Under the pieces are notes generated by a model. It did not search any database. It was not told where the DNA came from and worked only from the letters and a program-made list of their open reading frames with translations. The position numbers and the translations under genes were made by a program. Below are positions 26,501-41,830 of a DNA stretch of 64,000 nt, piece by piece (within the stretch, counting starts at the first letter, position 1; each line of letters starts with the position of its first letter). This DNA is from Eledone cirrhosa (Eukaryota): NCBI GenBank assembly GCA_964016885.1, contig OZ024759.1:24056001-24120000 (forward strand), read 5' to 3'.

Positions 26501-27980
26501 ACACAATCTCATAACCATTCCAATATTCGTATTTCCAAGTCATGTGCTTTCACACTTTGAGCCCAGTTTACTTCGATATATCTCTATATATCTCTATTTT
26601 CCTTTTCACAGAAAACACCATTTTGTCTGGCTATCTCTCTCCCAATCTACCTCATACTCTCTACCTCTTTTTTAGTAATCCCTTGCTTGTCTTTCAAGCA
26701 AGTTGGTCTTTACTCCTATGGACGTATAAACCTTTACACTATCTCATAACCATTCCTATATTCGTCTTTCCAAGTCATGTGCTTTCACACTTTGAACCCA
26801 ATTTACTTCGATATATCTCTATATATCTCTATTTTCCTTTTAACGGAAAACACCATGCTGTCTGGATATCTCTCTCCCAATCTACCTCATACTCTCTACC
26901 TCTTTTTGAGTTATCCCTTGCTTGTCTTTCAAGCAAGTTGGTCTTTACTCCTATGGACGTATAAACCTTTACACTATCTCATAACCATTCCTATATTCGT
27001 CTTTGCAAGTCATGTGCATTAACACTTTGAGCCCAGTTTACTTCGATATATCTCTATATATCTCTATTTTCCTTTTAACGGAAAACACCATGCTGTCTGG
27101 CTATCTCTCTCCCAATCTACCTCATACTCTCTACCTCTTTTTGAGTAATCCCTTGCTTGTCTTTCAAGCAAGTTGGTCTTTACTCCTATGGACGTATAAA
27201 CCTTTACACTATCTGATAACCATTCCTATATTCGTCTTTCCAAGTCATGTGCTTTCACACTTTGAGCCCAGTTTACTTCGATATATCTCTATATATCTCT
27301 ATCTTCCTTTTAACGGAAAACACCATGCTGTCTGGCTATCTCTCACCCAATCTACCTCATACTCTCTACCTCTTTTTGAGTAATCCCTTGCTTGTCTTTC
27401 AAGCAAGTTGGTCTTTACTCCTATGGACGTATAAGCCTTTACACTATCTCATAACCATTCCTATATTCGTCTTTGCAAGTCATGTGCATTAACACTTTGA
27501 GCCCAGTTTACTTCGATATATCTCTATATATCTCTATTTTCCTTTTAACGGAAAACACCATGCTGTCTGGCTATCTCACTCCCAATCTACCTCATACTCT
27601 CTACCTCTTTTTGAGTAATCCCTTGCTTGTCTTTCAAGCAAGTTGGCCTTTATTCCTATGGATGTATAAACCTTTACACTATCTCAAAACCATTCCTATA
27701 TTCATCTTTCCAAATCATGTGCTTTAACATTTTGAGCCCAGTTTACTTCGATATATCCCTATATATCTCTATTTTCCTTTTAACGGAAAACACCATGCTG
27801 TCTGGCTATCTCTCTCCCAATCTACATCATACTCTCTAGCACTTTTTTAGTAATCCCTTGCTTGTCTTTCAAGCAAGTTGGTCTTTACTCCTATGGACGT
27901 ATAAACCTTTACACTATCTCATAACCATTCCTATATTCGTCTTTCCAAGTCATGTGCTTTCACACTTTGAGCCCAGTTTA
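23590..27980 (+). repeat. ~7-monomer block repeated at offset 2809 bp (12 monomers)
   Basis: ORF pairs 23733/26542, 23968/26777, 24194/27003, 24438/27247, 24664/27473, 25049/27858. Shared TATAGACC, CCATTTTGTC, TGAACCCAAT and GAGTTATCCC variants. Confidence 0.88.
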
Positions 27981-28189
27981 CTTCGATATATCTCTATAAA
28001 TCTCTATTTTCCTTTTAACGGAAAACACCATGCTGTCTGGCTATCTCTCTCCCAATCTACCTTATACTCTCTACCTCTTTTTGAGTAATCCCTTGCTTGT
28101 CTTTCAAGCAAGTTGGTCTTTACTCCTATGGACGTATAAACCTTTACACTATCTCATAACCATTCCTATATTCGTCTTTCCAAGTCATG

Positions 28190-31100
28190 TGCTTTCACAC
28201 TTTGAGCCCAGTTTACTTCGATATATCTCTATATATCTCTATTTTCCTTTTAACGGAAAACACCATGCTGTCTGGCTATCTCTCTCCCAATCTACCTCAT
28301 ACTCTCTACCTCTTTTTGAGTAATCCCTTGCTTGTCTTTCAAGCAAGTTGGTCTTTACTCCTATGGACGTATAAACCTTTACACTATCTCATAACCATTC
28401 CTATATTCGTCTTTCCAAGTCATGTGCTTTCACACTTTGAGCCCAGTTTACTTCGATATATCTCTATATAGCTCTATCTTCCTTTTAACGGAAAACACCA
28501 TGCTGTCTGGCTATCTCTCACCCAATCTACCTCATACTCTCTACCACTTTTTGAGTAATCCCTTGCTTGTCTTTCAAGCAAGTTGGTCTTTACTCCTATG
28601 GACGTATAAACCTTTACACTATCTCATAACCATTCCTATATTCGTCTTTCCAAGTCATGTGCTTTTACACTTTGAGCCCAGTTTACTTCGATATATCTCT
28701 ATATATCTCTATCTTCCTTTTAACGGAAAACACCATGCTGTCTGGCTATCTCTCACCCAATCTACCTCATACTCTCTACCTCTTTTTGAGTAATCCCTTG
28801 CTTGTCTTTCAAGCAAGTTGGTCTTTACTCCTATGGACGTATAAGCCTTTACACTATCTCATAACCATTCCTATATTCGTCTTTGCAAGTCATGTGCATT
28901 AACACTTTGAGCCCAGTTTACTTCGATATATCTCTATATATCTCTATTTTCCTTTTAACGGAAAACACCATGCTGTCTGGCTATCTCTCTCCCAATCTAC
29001 CTCATACTCTCTACCTCTTTTTGAGTAATCCCTTGCTTGTCTTTCAAGCAAGTTGGTCTTTACTCCTATGGACGTATAAACCTTTACACTATCTGACAAC
29101 CATTCCTATATTCATCTTTCCAAGTCATGTGCTTTAACATTTTGAGCCCAGTTTACTTCGATATATCCCTATATATCTCTATTTTCCTTTTAACGGAAAA
29201 CACCATGCTGTCTGGCTATCTCTCTCCCAATCTACCTCATACTCTCTAGCACTTTTTTAGTAATCGCTTGCTTGTCTTTCAAGCAAGTTGGTCTTTACTC
29301 CTATGGACGTATAAACCTTTACACTATCTCATAACCATTCCTATATTCGTCTTTCCAAGTCATGTGCTTTCACACTTTGAGCCCAGTTTACTTCGATATA
29401 TCTCTATATATCTCTATTTTCCTTTTAACGGAAAACACCATGCTGTCTGGCTATCTCTCTCCCAATCTACCTCATACTCTCTACCTCTTTTTGAGTAATC
29501 CCTTGCTTGTCTTTCAAGCAAGTTGGTCTTTACTCCTATGGACGTATAAACCTTTACACTATCTCATAACCATTCCTATATTCGTCTTTCCAAGTCATGT
29601 GCTTTCACACTTTGAGCCCAGTTTACTTCGATATATCTCTAAATATCTCTATTTTCCTTTTAACGGAAAACACCATGCTGTCTGGTTATCTCTCTCCCAA
29701 TCTACCTCATACTCTCAAACCTCTTTTTGAGTAATCCCTTGCTTGTCTTTCAAGCAAGTTGGTCTTTACTCCTATGGACGTATAAACCTTTACACTATCT
29801 CATAACCATTCCTATATTCGTCTTTCCAAGTCATGTGCTTTCACACTTTGAGCCCAGTTTACTTCGATTTATCTCTATATATCTCTATTTTCCTTTTAAC
29901 GGAAAACACCATGCTGTCTGGCTATCTCTCTCCCAATCTACCTCATACTCTCTACCTCTTTTTGAGTAATCCCTTGCTTGTCTTTCAAGCAAGTTGGTCT
30001 TTACTCCTATGGATGTATAAACCTTTACACTATCTCATAACCATTCCTATATTCGTCTTTCCAAGTCATGTGCTTTCACACTTTGAGCCCAGTTTACTTC
30101 GATATATCTCTATATATCTCTATTTTCCTTTTAACGGAAAACACCATGCTGTCTGGCTATCTCTCTCCCAGTCTACCTCATACTCTCTACCTCTTTTTGA
30201 GTAATCCCTTGCTTGTCTTTCAAGCAAGTTGGTCTTTACTCCTATGGACGTATAAACCTTTACACTATCTCATAACCATTCCTATATTCGTCTTTCCAAG
30301 TCATGTGCTTTCACACTTTGAGCCCAGTTTACTTCGATATATCTCTATATAGCTCTATCTTCCTTTTAACGGAAAACACCATGCTGTCTGGCTATCTCTC
30401 ACCCAATCTACCTCATACTCTCTACCACTTTATGAGTAATCCCTTGCTTGTCTTTCAAGCAAGTTGGTCTTTACTCCTATGGACGTATAAACCTTTACAC
30501 TATCTCATAACCATTCCTATATTCGTCTTTCCAAGTCATGTGCTTTCACACTTTGAGCCAAGTTTACTTCGATATATCTCTATATATCTCTATCTTCCTT
30601 TTAACGGAAAACACCATGCTGTCTGGCTATCTCTCACCCAATCTACCTCATACTCTCTACCTCTTTTTGAGTAATCCCTTGCTTGTCTTTCAAGCAAGTT
30701 GGTCTTTACTCCTATGGACGTATAAGCCTTTACACTATCTCATAACCATTCCTATATTCGTCTTTGCAAGTCATGTGCATTAACACTTTGAGCCCAGTTT
30801 ACTTCGATATATCTCTATATATCTCTATTTTCCTTTTAACGGAAAACACCATGCTGTCTGGCTATCTCTCTCCCAATCTACCTCATACTCTCTACCTCTT
30901 TTTGAGTAATCCCTTGGTTGTCTTTCAAGCAAGTTGGTCTTTACTCCTATGGACGTATAAACCTTTACACTATCTGACAACCATTCCTATATTCATCTTT
31001 CCAAGTCATGTGCTTTAACATTTTGAGCCCAGTTTACTTCGATATATCCCTATATATCTCTATTTTCCTTTTAACGGAAAACACCATGCTGTCTGGCTAT

Positions 31101-31480
31101 CTCTCTCCCAATCTACTTCATACTCTCTAGCACTTTTTTAGTAATCGCTTGCTTGTCTTTCAAGCAAGTTGGTCTTTACTCCTATGGACGTATAAACCTT
31201 TACACTATCTCATAACCATTCCTATATTCGTCTTTCCAAGTCATGTGCTTTCACACTTTGAGCCCAGTTTACTTCGATATATCTCTATATATCTCTATTT
31301 TCCTTTTAACGGAAAACACCATGCTGTCTGGCTATCTCTCTCCCAATCTACCTCATACTCTCTACCTCTTTTTGAGTAATCCCTTGCTTGTCTTTCAAGC
31401 AAGTTGGTCTTTACTCCTATGGAAGTATAAACCTTTACACTATCTCATAACCATTCCTATATTCGTCTTTCCAAGTCATG
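28190..31480 (+). repeat. 8-monomer-period duplication (offset 1881 bp)
   Basis: ORF pairs 28422/30303, 28657/30538, 28883/30764, 29268/31149. Shared TATAGCTCTATC, CTGACAACC and TAATCGCTTG variants. Confidence 0.85.
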
Positions 31481-32349
31481 TGCTTTCACACTTTGAGCCC
31501 AGTTTACTTCGATATATCTCTATATATCTCTATTTTCCTTTTAACGGAAAACACCATGCTGTCTGGCTATCTCTCTCCCAATCTACCTCATACTCTCTAC
31601 CTCTTTTTGAGTAATCCCTTGCTTGTCTTTCAAGCAAGTTGGTCTTTACTCCTATGGACGTATAAACCTTTACACTATCTCATAACCATTCCTATATTCG
31701 TCTTTGCAAGTCATGTGCATTAACACTTTGAGCCCAGTTTACTTCGATATATCTCTATATATCTCTATTTTCCTTTTAACGGAAAACACCATGCTGTCTG
31801 GCTATCTCACTCCCAATCTACCTCATACTCTCTACCTCTTTTTGAGTAATCCCTTGCTTGTCTTTCAAGCAAGTTGGCCTTTATTTCTATGGACGTATAA
31901 ACCTTTACACTATCTCAAAACCATTCCTATATTCATCTTTCCAAATCATGTGCTTTAACATTTTGAGCCCAGTTTACTTCGATATATCCCTATACATCTC
32001 TATTTTCCTTTTAACGGAAAACACCATGCTGTCTGGCTATCTCTCTCCCAATCTACCTCATACTCTCTAGCACTTTTTTAGTAATCCCTTGCTTGTCTTT
32101 CAAGCAAGTTGGTCTTTACTCCTATGGACGTATAAACCTTTACACTATCTCATAACCATTCCTATATTCGTCTTTCCAAGTCATGTGCTTTCACACTTTG
32201 AGCCCAGTTTACTTCGATATATCTCTATATATCTCTATTTTCCTTTTAACGGAAAACACCATGCTGTCTGGCTATCTCTCTCCCAATCTACCTAATACTC
32301 TCTACCTCTTTTTGAGTAATCCCTTGCTTGTCTTTCAAGGAAGTTGGTC

Positions 32350-35300
32350 TTTACTCCTATGGACGTATAAACCTTTACACTATCTCATAACCATTCCTAT
32401 ATTCGTCTTTCCAAGTCATATGCTTTCACACTTTGAGCCAAGTTTACTTCGATATATCTCTATATATCTCTATCTTCTTTTTAACGGAAAACACCATGCT
32501 GTCTGGCTATCTCTCTCCCAATCTACCTCATACACTCTACCTCTTTTTGAGTAATCCCTTGCTTGTCTTTCAAGCAAGTTGGTCTTTACTCCTATGGACG
32601 TATAAACCTTTACACTATCTCACAACCATTCCTATATTCATCTTTCCAAGTCATGTGCATTAACATTTTGAGCCCAGTTTACTTCGATATATCTCTATAT
32701 ATCTCTATCTTCCTTTTAACGGAAAAGACCATGCTGTCTGGCTATCTCTCACCCAATCTACCTCATACTCTCTACCTCTTTTTGAGTAATCCCTTGCTTG
32801 TCTTTCAAGCAAGTTGGTCTTTACTCCTATGGACGTATAAGCTTTTACACTATCTCATAACCATTCCTATATTCGTCTTTGCAAGTCATGTGCATTAACA
32901 CTTTGAGCCCAGTTTACTTCGATATATCTCTATATATCTCTATTTTCCTTTTAACGGAAAACACCATGCTCTCTGGCTATCTCTCTCCCAATCTACCTCA
33001 TACTCTCTACCTCTTTTTGAGTAATCCCTTGCTTGTCTTTCAAGCAAGTTGGTCTTTACTCCTATGGACGTATAAACCTTTACACTATCTCATAACCATT
33101 CCTATATTCGTCTTTCCAAGTCATGTGCTTTCACACTTTGAGCCCAGTTTACTTCGATATATCTCTATATATCTCTGTTTTCCTTTTAACGAAAACACCA
33201 TGCTGTCTGGCTATCTCTCTCCCAATCTACCTCATACTCTCTACCTCTTTTTGAGTAATCCCTTGCTTGTCTTTCAAGCAAGTTGGTCTTTACTCCTATG
33301 GACGTATAAACCTTTACACTATCTCATAACCATTCCTATATTCGTCTTTCCAAGTCATGTGCTTTCACACTTTGAGCCAAGTTTACTTCGATATATCTCT
33401 ATATATCTCTATCTTCCTTTTAACGGAAAACACCATGCTGTCTGGCTATCTCTCTCCCAATCTACCTCATACACTCTACCTCTTTTTGAGTAATCCCTTG
33501 CTTGTCTTTCAAGCAAGTTGGTCTTTACTCCTAAAGACGTATAAACCTTTACACTATCTCATAACCATTCCTATATTCGTCTTTCCAAGTCATGTGCTTT
33601 CACACTTTGAGCCCAGTTTACTTCGATATATCTCTATATATCTCTATTTTCCTTTCAACGGAAAACACCATGCTGTCTGGCTATCTCTCTCCCAATCTAC
33701 CTCATACTCTCTACCTCTTTTTGAGTAATCCCTTGCTTGTCTTTCAAGCAAGTTTGTCTTTACTCCTATGGACGTATAAACCTTTACACTATCTCATAAC
33801 CATTCCTATATTCGTCTTTCCAAGTCATGTGCTTTCACACTTTGAGCCAAGTTTACTTCGATATATCTCTATATATCTCTATCTTCCTTTTAACGGAAAA
33901 CACCATGCTGTCTGGCTATCTCTCTCCCAATCTACCTCATACACTCTACCTCTTTTTGAGTAATCCCTTGCTTGTCTTTCAAGCAAGTTGGTCTTTACTA
34001 CTATGGACGTATAAACTTTTACACTATCTGACAACCATTCCTATATTCATCTTTCCAAGTCATGTGCTTTAACATTTTGAGCCCAGTTTACTTCGATATA
34101 TCTCTATATATCTCTATCTTCCTTTTAACGGAAAAGACCATGCTGTCTGGCTATCTCTCACCCAATCTACCTCATACTCTCTACCTCTTTTTGAGTAATC
34201 CCTTGCTTGTCTTTCAAGCAAGTTGGTCTTTACTCCTATGGACGTATAAGCCTTTACACTATCTCATAACCATTCCTATATTCGTCTTTGCAAGTCATGT
34301 GCATTAACACTTTGAGCCCAGTTTACTTCGATATATCTCTATATATCTCTATTTTCCTTTTAACGGAAAACACCATGCTGTCTGGCTATCTCTCTCCCAA
34401 TCTACCTCATACTCTCTACCTCTTTTTGAGTAATCCCTTGCTTGTCTTTCAAGCAAGTTGGTCTTTACTCCTATGGACGTATAAACCTTTACACTATCTG
34501 ACAACCATTCCTATATTCATCTTTCCAAGTCATGTGCTTTAACATTTTGAGCCCAGTTTACTTCGATATATCCCTATATATCTCTATTTTCCTTTTAACG
34601 GAAAACACCATGCTGTCTGGCTATCTCTCTCCCAATCTACCTCATACTCTCTAGCACTTTTTTAGTAATCGCTTGCTTGTCTTTCAAGCAAGTTGGTCTT
34701 TACTCCTATGGACGTATAAACCTTTACACTATCTCATAACCATTCCTATATTCGTCTTTCCAAGTCATGTGCTTTCACACTTTGAGCCAAGTTTACTTCG
34801 ATATATCTCTATATATCTCTATCTTCCTTTTAACGGAAAACACCATGCTGTCTGGCTATCTCTCTCCCAATCTACCTCATACACTCTACCTCTTTTTGAG
34901 TAATCCCTTGCTTGTCTTTCAAGCAAGTTGGTCTTTACTCCTATGGACGTATAAACCTTTACACTATCTCACAACCATTCCTATATTCATCTTTCCAAGT
35001 CATGTGCTTTAACATTTTGAGCCCAGTTTACTTCGATATATCCCTATATATCTCTATTTTCCTTTTAACGGAAAACACCATGCTGTCTGGCTATCTCTCT
35101 CCCAGTCTACCTCATACTCTCTACCTCTTTTTGAGTAATCCCTTGCTTGTCTTTCAAGCAAGTTGGTCTTTACTCCTATGGACGTATAAACCTTTACACT
35201 ATCTCATAACCATTCCTATATTCGTCTTTCCAAGTCATGTGCTTTCACACTTTGAGCCCAGTTTACTTCGATATATCTCTATATATCTCTATTTTCCTTT

Positions 35301-38300
35301 TAACGGAAAACACCATGCTGTCTGGCTATCTCTCTCCCAATCTACCTCATACTCTCTACCTCTTTTTGAGTAATCCCTTGCTTGTCTTTCAAGCAAGTTG
35401 GTCTTTACTCCTATGGACGTATAAACCTTTACACTATCTCATAACCATTCCTATATTCGTCTTTCCAAGTCATGTGCTTTCACACTTTGAGCCAAGTTTA
35501 CTTCGATATATCTCTATATATCTCTATCTTCCTTTTAACGGAAAACACCATGCTGTCTGGCTATCTGTCTCCCAATCTACCTCATACACTCTACCTCTTT
35601 TTGTATAATCCCTTGCTTGTCTTTCAAGCAAGTTGGTCTTTACTCCTATGGACGTATAAACCTTTACACTATCTCACAACCATTCCTATATTCATCTTTC
35701 CAAGTCATGTGCTTTAAGATTTTGAGCCCAGTTTACTTCGATATATCCCTATATATCTCTATTTTCCTTTTAACGGAAAACACCATGCTGTCTGGCTATC
35801 TCTCTCCCAATCTACCTCATACTCTCTAGCACTTTTTTAGTAATCCCTTGCTTGTCTTTCAAGCAAGTTGGTCTTTACACCTATGGACGTATAAACCTTT
35901 ACACTATCTCATAACCATTCCTATATTCGTCTTTCCAAGTCATGTGCTTTCACACTTTGAGCCCAGTTTACTTCGATATATCTCTATATATCTCTATTTT
36001 CCTTTTAACGGAAAACACCATGCTGTCTGGCTATCTCTCTCCCAATCTACCTCATACTCTCTACCTCTTTTTGAGTAATCCCTTGCTTGTCTTTCAAGCA
36101 AGTTGGTCTTTACTCCTATGGACGTATAAACCTTTACACTATCTCATAACCATTCCTATATTCGTCTTTCCAAGTCATATGCTTTCACACTTTGAGCCAA
36201 GTTTACTTCGATATATCTCTATATATCTCTATCTTCTTTTTAACGGAAAACACCATGCTGTCTGGCTATCTCTCTCCCAATCTACCTCATACACTCTACC
36301 TCTTTTTGAGTAATCCCTTGCTTGTCTTTCAAGCAAGTTGGTCTTTACTCCTATGGACGTATAAACCTTTACACTATCTCACAACCATTCCTATATTCAT
36401 CTTTCCAAGTCATGTGCTTTAACATTTTGAGCCCAGTTTACTTCGATATATCTCTATATATCTCTATCTTCCTTTTAACGGAAAAGACCATGCTGTCTGG
36501 CTATCTCTCACCCAATCTACCTCATACTCTCTACCTCTTTTTGAGTAATCCCTTGCTTGTCTTTCAAGCAAGTTGGTCTTTACTCCTATGGACGTATAAG
36601 CTTTTACACTATCTCATAACCATTCCTATATTCGTCTTTGCAAGTCATGTGCATTAACACTTTGAGCCCAGTTTACTTCGATATATCTCTATATATCTCT
36701 ATTTTCCTTTTAACGGAAAACACCATGCTCTCTGGCTATCTCTCTCCCAATCTACCTCATACTCTCTACCTCTTTTTGAGTAATCCCTTGCTTGTCTTTC
36801 AAGCAAGTTGGTCTTTACTCCTATGGACGTATAAACCTTTACACTATCTCATAACCATTCCTATATTCGTCTTTCCAAGTCATGTGCTTTCACACTTTGA
36901 GCCCAGTTTACTTCGATATATCTCTATATATCTCTGTTTTCCTTTTAACGGAAAACACCATGCTGTCTGGCTATCTCTCTCCCAATCTACCTCATACTCT
37001 CTACCTCTTTTTGAGTAATCCCTTGCTTGTCTTTCAAGCAAGTTGGTCTTTACTCCTATGGACGTATAAACCTTTACACTATCTCATAACCATTCCTATA
37101 TTCGTCTTTCCAAGTCATGTGCTTTCACACTTTGAGCCAAGTTTACTTCGATATATCTCTATATATCTCTATCTTCCTTTTAACGGAAAACACCATGCTG
37201 TCTGGCTATCTCTCTCCCAATCTACCTCATACACTCTACCTCTTTTTGAGTAATCCCTTGCTTGTCTTTCAAGCAAGTTGGTCTTTACTCCTAAAGACGT
37301 ATAAACCTTTACACTATCTCATAACCATTCCTATATTCGTCTTTCCAAGTCATGTGCTTTCACACTTTGAGCCCAGTTTACTTCGATATATCTCTATATA
37401 TCTCTATTTTCCTTTCAACGGAAAACACCATGCTGTCTGGCTATCTCTCTCCCAATCTACCTCATACTCTCTACCTCTTTTTGAGTAATCCCTTGCTTGT
37501 CTTTCAAGCAAGTTTGTCTTTACTCCTATGGACGTATAAACCTTTACACTATCTCATAACCATTCCTATATTCGTCTTTCCAAGTCATGTGCTTTCACAC
37601 TTTGAGCCAAGTTTACTTCGATATATCTCTATATATCTCTATCTTCCTTTTAACGGAAAACACCATGCTGTCTGGCTATCTCTCTCCCAATCTACCTCAT
37701 ACACTCTACCTCTTTTTGAGTAATCCCTTGCTTGTCTTTCAAGCAAGTTGGTCTTTACTACTATGGACGTATAAACTTTTACACTATCTGACAACCATTC
37801 CTATATTCATCTTTCCAAGTCATGTGCTTTAACATTTTGAGCCCAGTTTACTTCGATATATCTCTATATATCTCTATCTTCCTTTTAACGGAAAAGACCA
37901 TGCTGTCTGGCTATCTCTCACCCAATCTACCTCATACTCTCTACCTCTTTTTGAGTAATCCCTTGCTTGTCTTTCAAGCAAGTTGGTCTTTACTCCTATG
38001 GACGTATAAGCCTTTACACTATCTCATAACCATTCCTATATTCGTCTTTGCAAGTCATGTGCATTAACACTTTGAGCCCAGTTTACTTCGATATATCTCT
38101 ATATATCTCTATTTTCCTTTTAACGGAAAACACCATGCTGTCTGGCTATCTCTCTCCCAATCTACCTCATACTCTCTACCTCTTTTTGAGTAATCCCTTG
38201 CTTGTCTTTCAAGCAAGTTGGTCTTTACTCCTATGGACGTATAAACCTTTACACTATCTGACAACCATTCCTATATTCATCTTTCCAAGTCATGTGCTTT

Positions 38301-39850
38301 AACATTTTGAGCCCAGTTTACTTCGATATATCCCTATATATCTCTATTTTCCTTTTAACGGAAAACACCATGCTGTCTGGCTATCTCTCTCCCAATCTAC
38401 CTCATACTCTCTAGCACTTTTTTAGTAATCGCTTGCTTGTCTTTCAAGCAAGTTGGTCTTTACTCCTATGGACGTATAAACCTTTACACTATCTCATAAC
38501 CATTCCTATATTCGTCTTTCCAAGTCATGTGCTTTCACACTTTGAGCCAAGTTTACTTCGATATATCTCTATATATCTCTATCTTCCTTTTAACGGAAAA
38601 CACCATGCTGTCTGGCTATCTCTCTCCCAATCTACCTCATACACTCTACCTCTTTTTGAGTAATCCCTTGCTTGTCTTTCAAGCAAGTTGGTCTTTACTC
38701 CTATGGACGTATAAACCTTTACACTATCTCACAACCATTCCTATATTCATCTTTCCAAGTCATGTGCTTTAACATTTTGAGCCCAGTTTACTTCGATATA
38801 TCCCTATATATCTCTATTTTCCTTTTAACGGAAAACACCATGCTGTCTGGCTATCTCTCTCCCAGTCTACCTCATACTCTCTACCTCTTTTTGAGTAATC
38901 CCTTGCTTGTCTTTCAAGCAAGTTGGTCTTTACTCCTATGGACGTATAAACCTTTACACTATCTCATAACCATTCCTATATTCGTCTTTCCAAGTCATGT
39001 GCTTTCACACTTTGAGCCCAGTTTACTTCGATATATCTCTATATATCTCTATTTTCCTTTTAACGGAAAACACCATGCTGTCTGGCTATCTCTCTCCCAA
39101 TCTACCTCATACTCTCTACCTCTTTTTGAGTAATCCCTTGCTTGTCTTTCAAGCAAGTTGGTCTTTACTCCTATGGACGTATAAACCTTTACACTATCTC
39201 ATAACCATTCCTATATTCGTCTTTCCAAGTCATGTGCTTTCACACTTTGAGCCAAGTTTACTTCGATATATCTCTATATATCTCTATCTTCCTTTTAACG
39301 GAAAACACCATGCTGTCTGGCTATCTGTCTCCCAATCTACCTCATACACTCTACCTCTTTTTGTATAATCCCTTGCTTGTCTTTCAAGCAAGTTGGTCTT
39401 TACTCCTATGGACGTATAAACCTTTACACTATCTCACAACCATTCCTATATTCATCTTTCCAAGTCATGTGCTTTAAGATTTTGAGCCCAGTTTACTTCG
39501 ATATATCCCTATATATCTCTATTTTCCTTTTAACGGAAAACACCATGCTGTCTGGCTATCTCTCTCCCAATCTACCTCATACTCTCTAGCACTTTTTTAG
39601 TAATCCCTTGCTTGTCTTTCAAGCAAGTTGGTCTTTACACCTATGGACGTATAAACCTTTACACTATCTCATAACCATTCCTATATTCGTCTTTCCAAGT
39701 CATGTGCTTTCACACTTTGAGCCCAGTTTACTTCGATATATCTCTATATATCTCTATTTTCCTTTTAACGGAAAACACCATGCTGTCTGGCTATCTCTCT
39801 CCCAATCTACCTCATACTCTCTACCTCTTTTTGAGTAATCCCTTGCTTGT
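32350..39850 (+). repeat. 16-monomer tandem duplication (period 3759-3760 bp)
   Basis: ORF pairs 32433/36192, 33357/37117, 33592/37352, 34912/38672, 35472/39232, 35848/39608. Shared CTAAAGACG, AGTTTGTC, TTACTACTA, TTGTATAAT and TAAGATTTT variants. Confidence 0.93.
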
Positions 39851-41830
39851 CTTTCGAGCAAGTTGGTCTTTACTCCTATGGACGTATAAACCTTTACACT
39901 ATCTCATAACCATTCCTATATTCGTCTTTCCAAGTCATGTGCTTTCACACTTTGAGCCCTGTTTACTTCGATATATCTCTATATATCTCTATCTTCCTTT
40001 TAACGGAAAACACCATGCTGTCTGGCTATCTCTCACCCAATCTACCTCATACTCTCTACCTCTTTTTGAGTAATCCCTTGCTTGTCTTTCAAGCAAGTTG
40101 GTCTTTACTCCTATGGACGTATAAGCCTTTACACTATCTCATAACCATTCCTATATTCGTCCTTGCAAGTCATGTGCATTAACATTTTGAGCCCAGTTTA
40201 CTTCGATATATCCCTATATATCTCTATTTTCCTTTTAACGGAAAACACCATGCTGTCTGGCTATCTCTCTCCCAATCTACCTCATACTCTCTACCTCTTT
40301 TTGAGTAATCCCTTGCTTGTCTTTCAAGCAAGTTGGTCTTTACTCCTATGGACGTATAAACCTTTACACTATCTCATAACCATTCCTATATTCGTCTTTC
40401 CAAGTCATGTGCTTTCACACTTTGAGCCCAGTTTACTTCGATATATCTCTATATATCTCTATTTTCCTTTTAACGGAAAACACCATGCTGTCTGGCTATC
40501 TCTCTCCCAGTCTACCTCATACTCTCTACCTCTTTTTGAGTAATCCCTTGCTTGTCTTTCAAGCAAGTTGGTCTTTACTCCTATGGACGTATAAACCTTT
40601 ACACTATCTCATAACCATTCCTATATTCGTCTTTCCAAGTCATGTGCTTTCACACTTTGAGCCCAGTTTACTTCGATATATCTCTATATATCTCTATTTT
40701 CCTTTTAACGGAAAACACCATGCTGTCTGGCTATCTCTCTCCCAATCTACCTCATACTCTCTACCTCTTTTTGAGTAATCCCTTGCTTGTCTTTCAAGCA
40801 AGTTGGTCTTTACTCCTATGGACGTATAAACCTTTACACTATCTCATAACCATTCCTATATTCGTCTTTCCAAGTCATGTGCTTTCACACTTTGAGCCAA
40901 GTTTACTTCGATATATCTCTATATATCTCTATCTTCCTTTTAACGGAAAACACCATGCTGTCTGGCTATCTGTCTCCCAATCTACCTCATACACTCTACC
41001 TCTTTTTGTATAATCCCTTGCTTGTCTTTCAAGCAAGTTGGTCTTTACTCCTATGGACGTATAAACCTTTACACTATCTCACAACCATTCCTATATTCAT
41101 CTTTCCAAGTCATGTGCTTTAAGATTTTGAGCCCAGTTTACTTCGATATATCCCTATATATCTCTATTTTCCTTTTAACGGAAAACACCATGCTGTCTGG
41201 CTATCTCTCTCCCAATCTACCTCATACTCTCTAGCACTTTTTTAGTAATCCCTTGCTTGTCTTTCAAGCAAGTTGGTCTTTACACCTATGGACGTATAAA
41301 CCTTTACACTATCTCATAACCATTCCTATATTCGTCTTTCCAAGTCATGTGCTTTCACACTTTGAGCCCAGTTTACTTCGATATATCTCTATATATCTCT
41401 ATTTTCCTTTTAACGGAAAACACCATGCTGTCTGGCTATCTCTCTCCCAATCTACCTCATACTCTCTACCTCTTTTTGAGTAATCCCTTGCTTGTCTTTC
41501 GAGCAAGTTGGTCTTTACTCCTATGGACGTATAAACCTTTACACTATCTCATAACCATTCCTATATTCGTCTTTCCAAGTCATGTGCTTTCACACTTTGA
41601 GCCCTGTTTACTTCGATATATCTCTATATATCTCTATCTTCCTTTTAACGGAAAACACCATGCTGTCTGGCTATCTCTCACCCAATCTACCTCATACTCT
41701 CTACCTCTTTTTGAGTAATCCCTTGCTTGTCTTTCAAGCAAGTTGGTCTTTACTCCTATGGACGTATAAGCCTTTACACTATCTCATAACCATTCCTATA
41801 TTCGTCCTTGCAAGTCATGTGCATTAACAC
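38810..41830 (+). repeat. 7-monomer-period duplication (offset 1645 bp) overlapping the end of the 16-mer
   Basis: ORF pairs 38997/40642, 39232/40877, 39608/41253, 39702/41347, 39937/41582. Shared GAGCCCTG and CGTCCTTGC variants. Confidence 0.9.
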
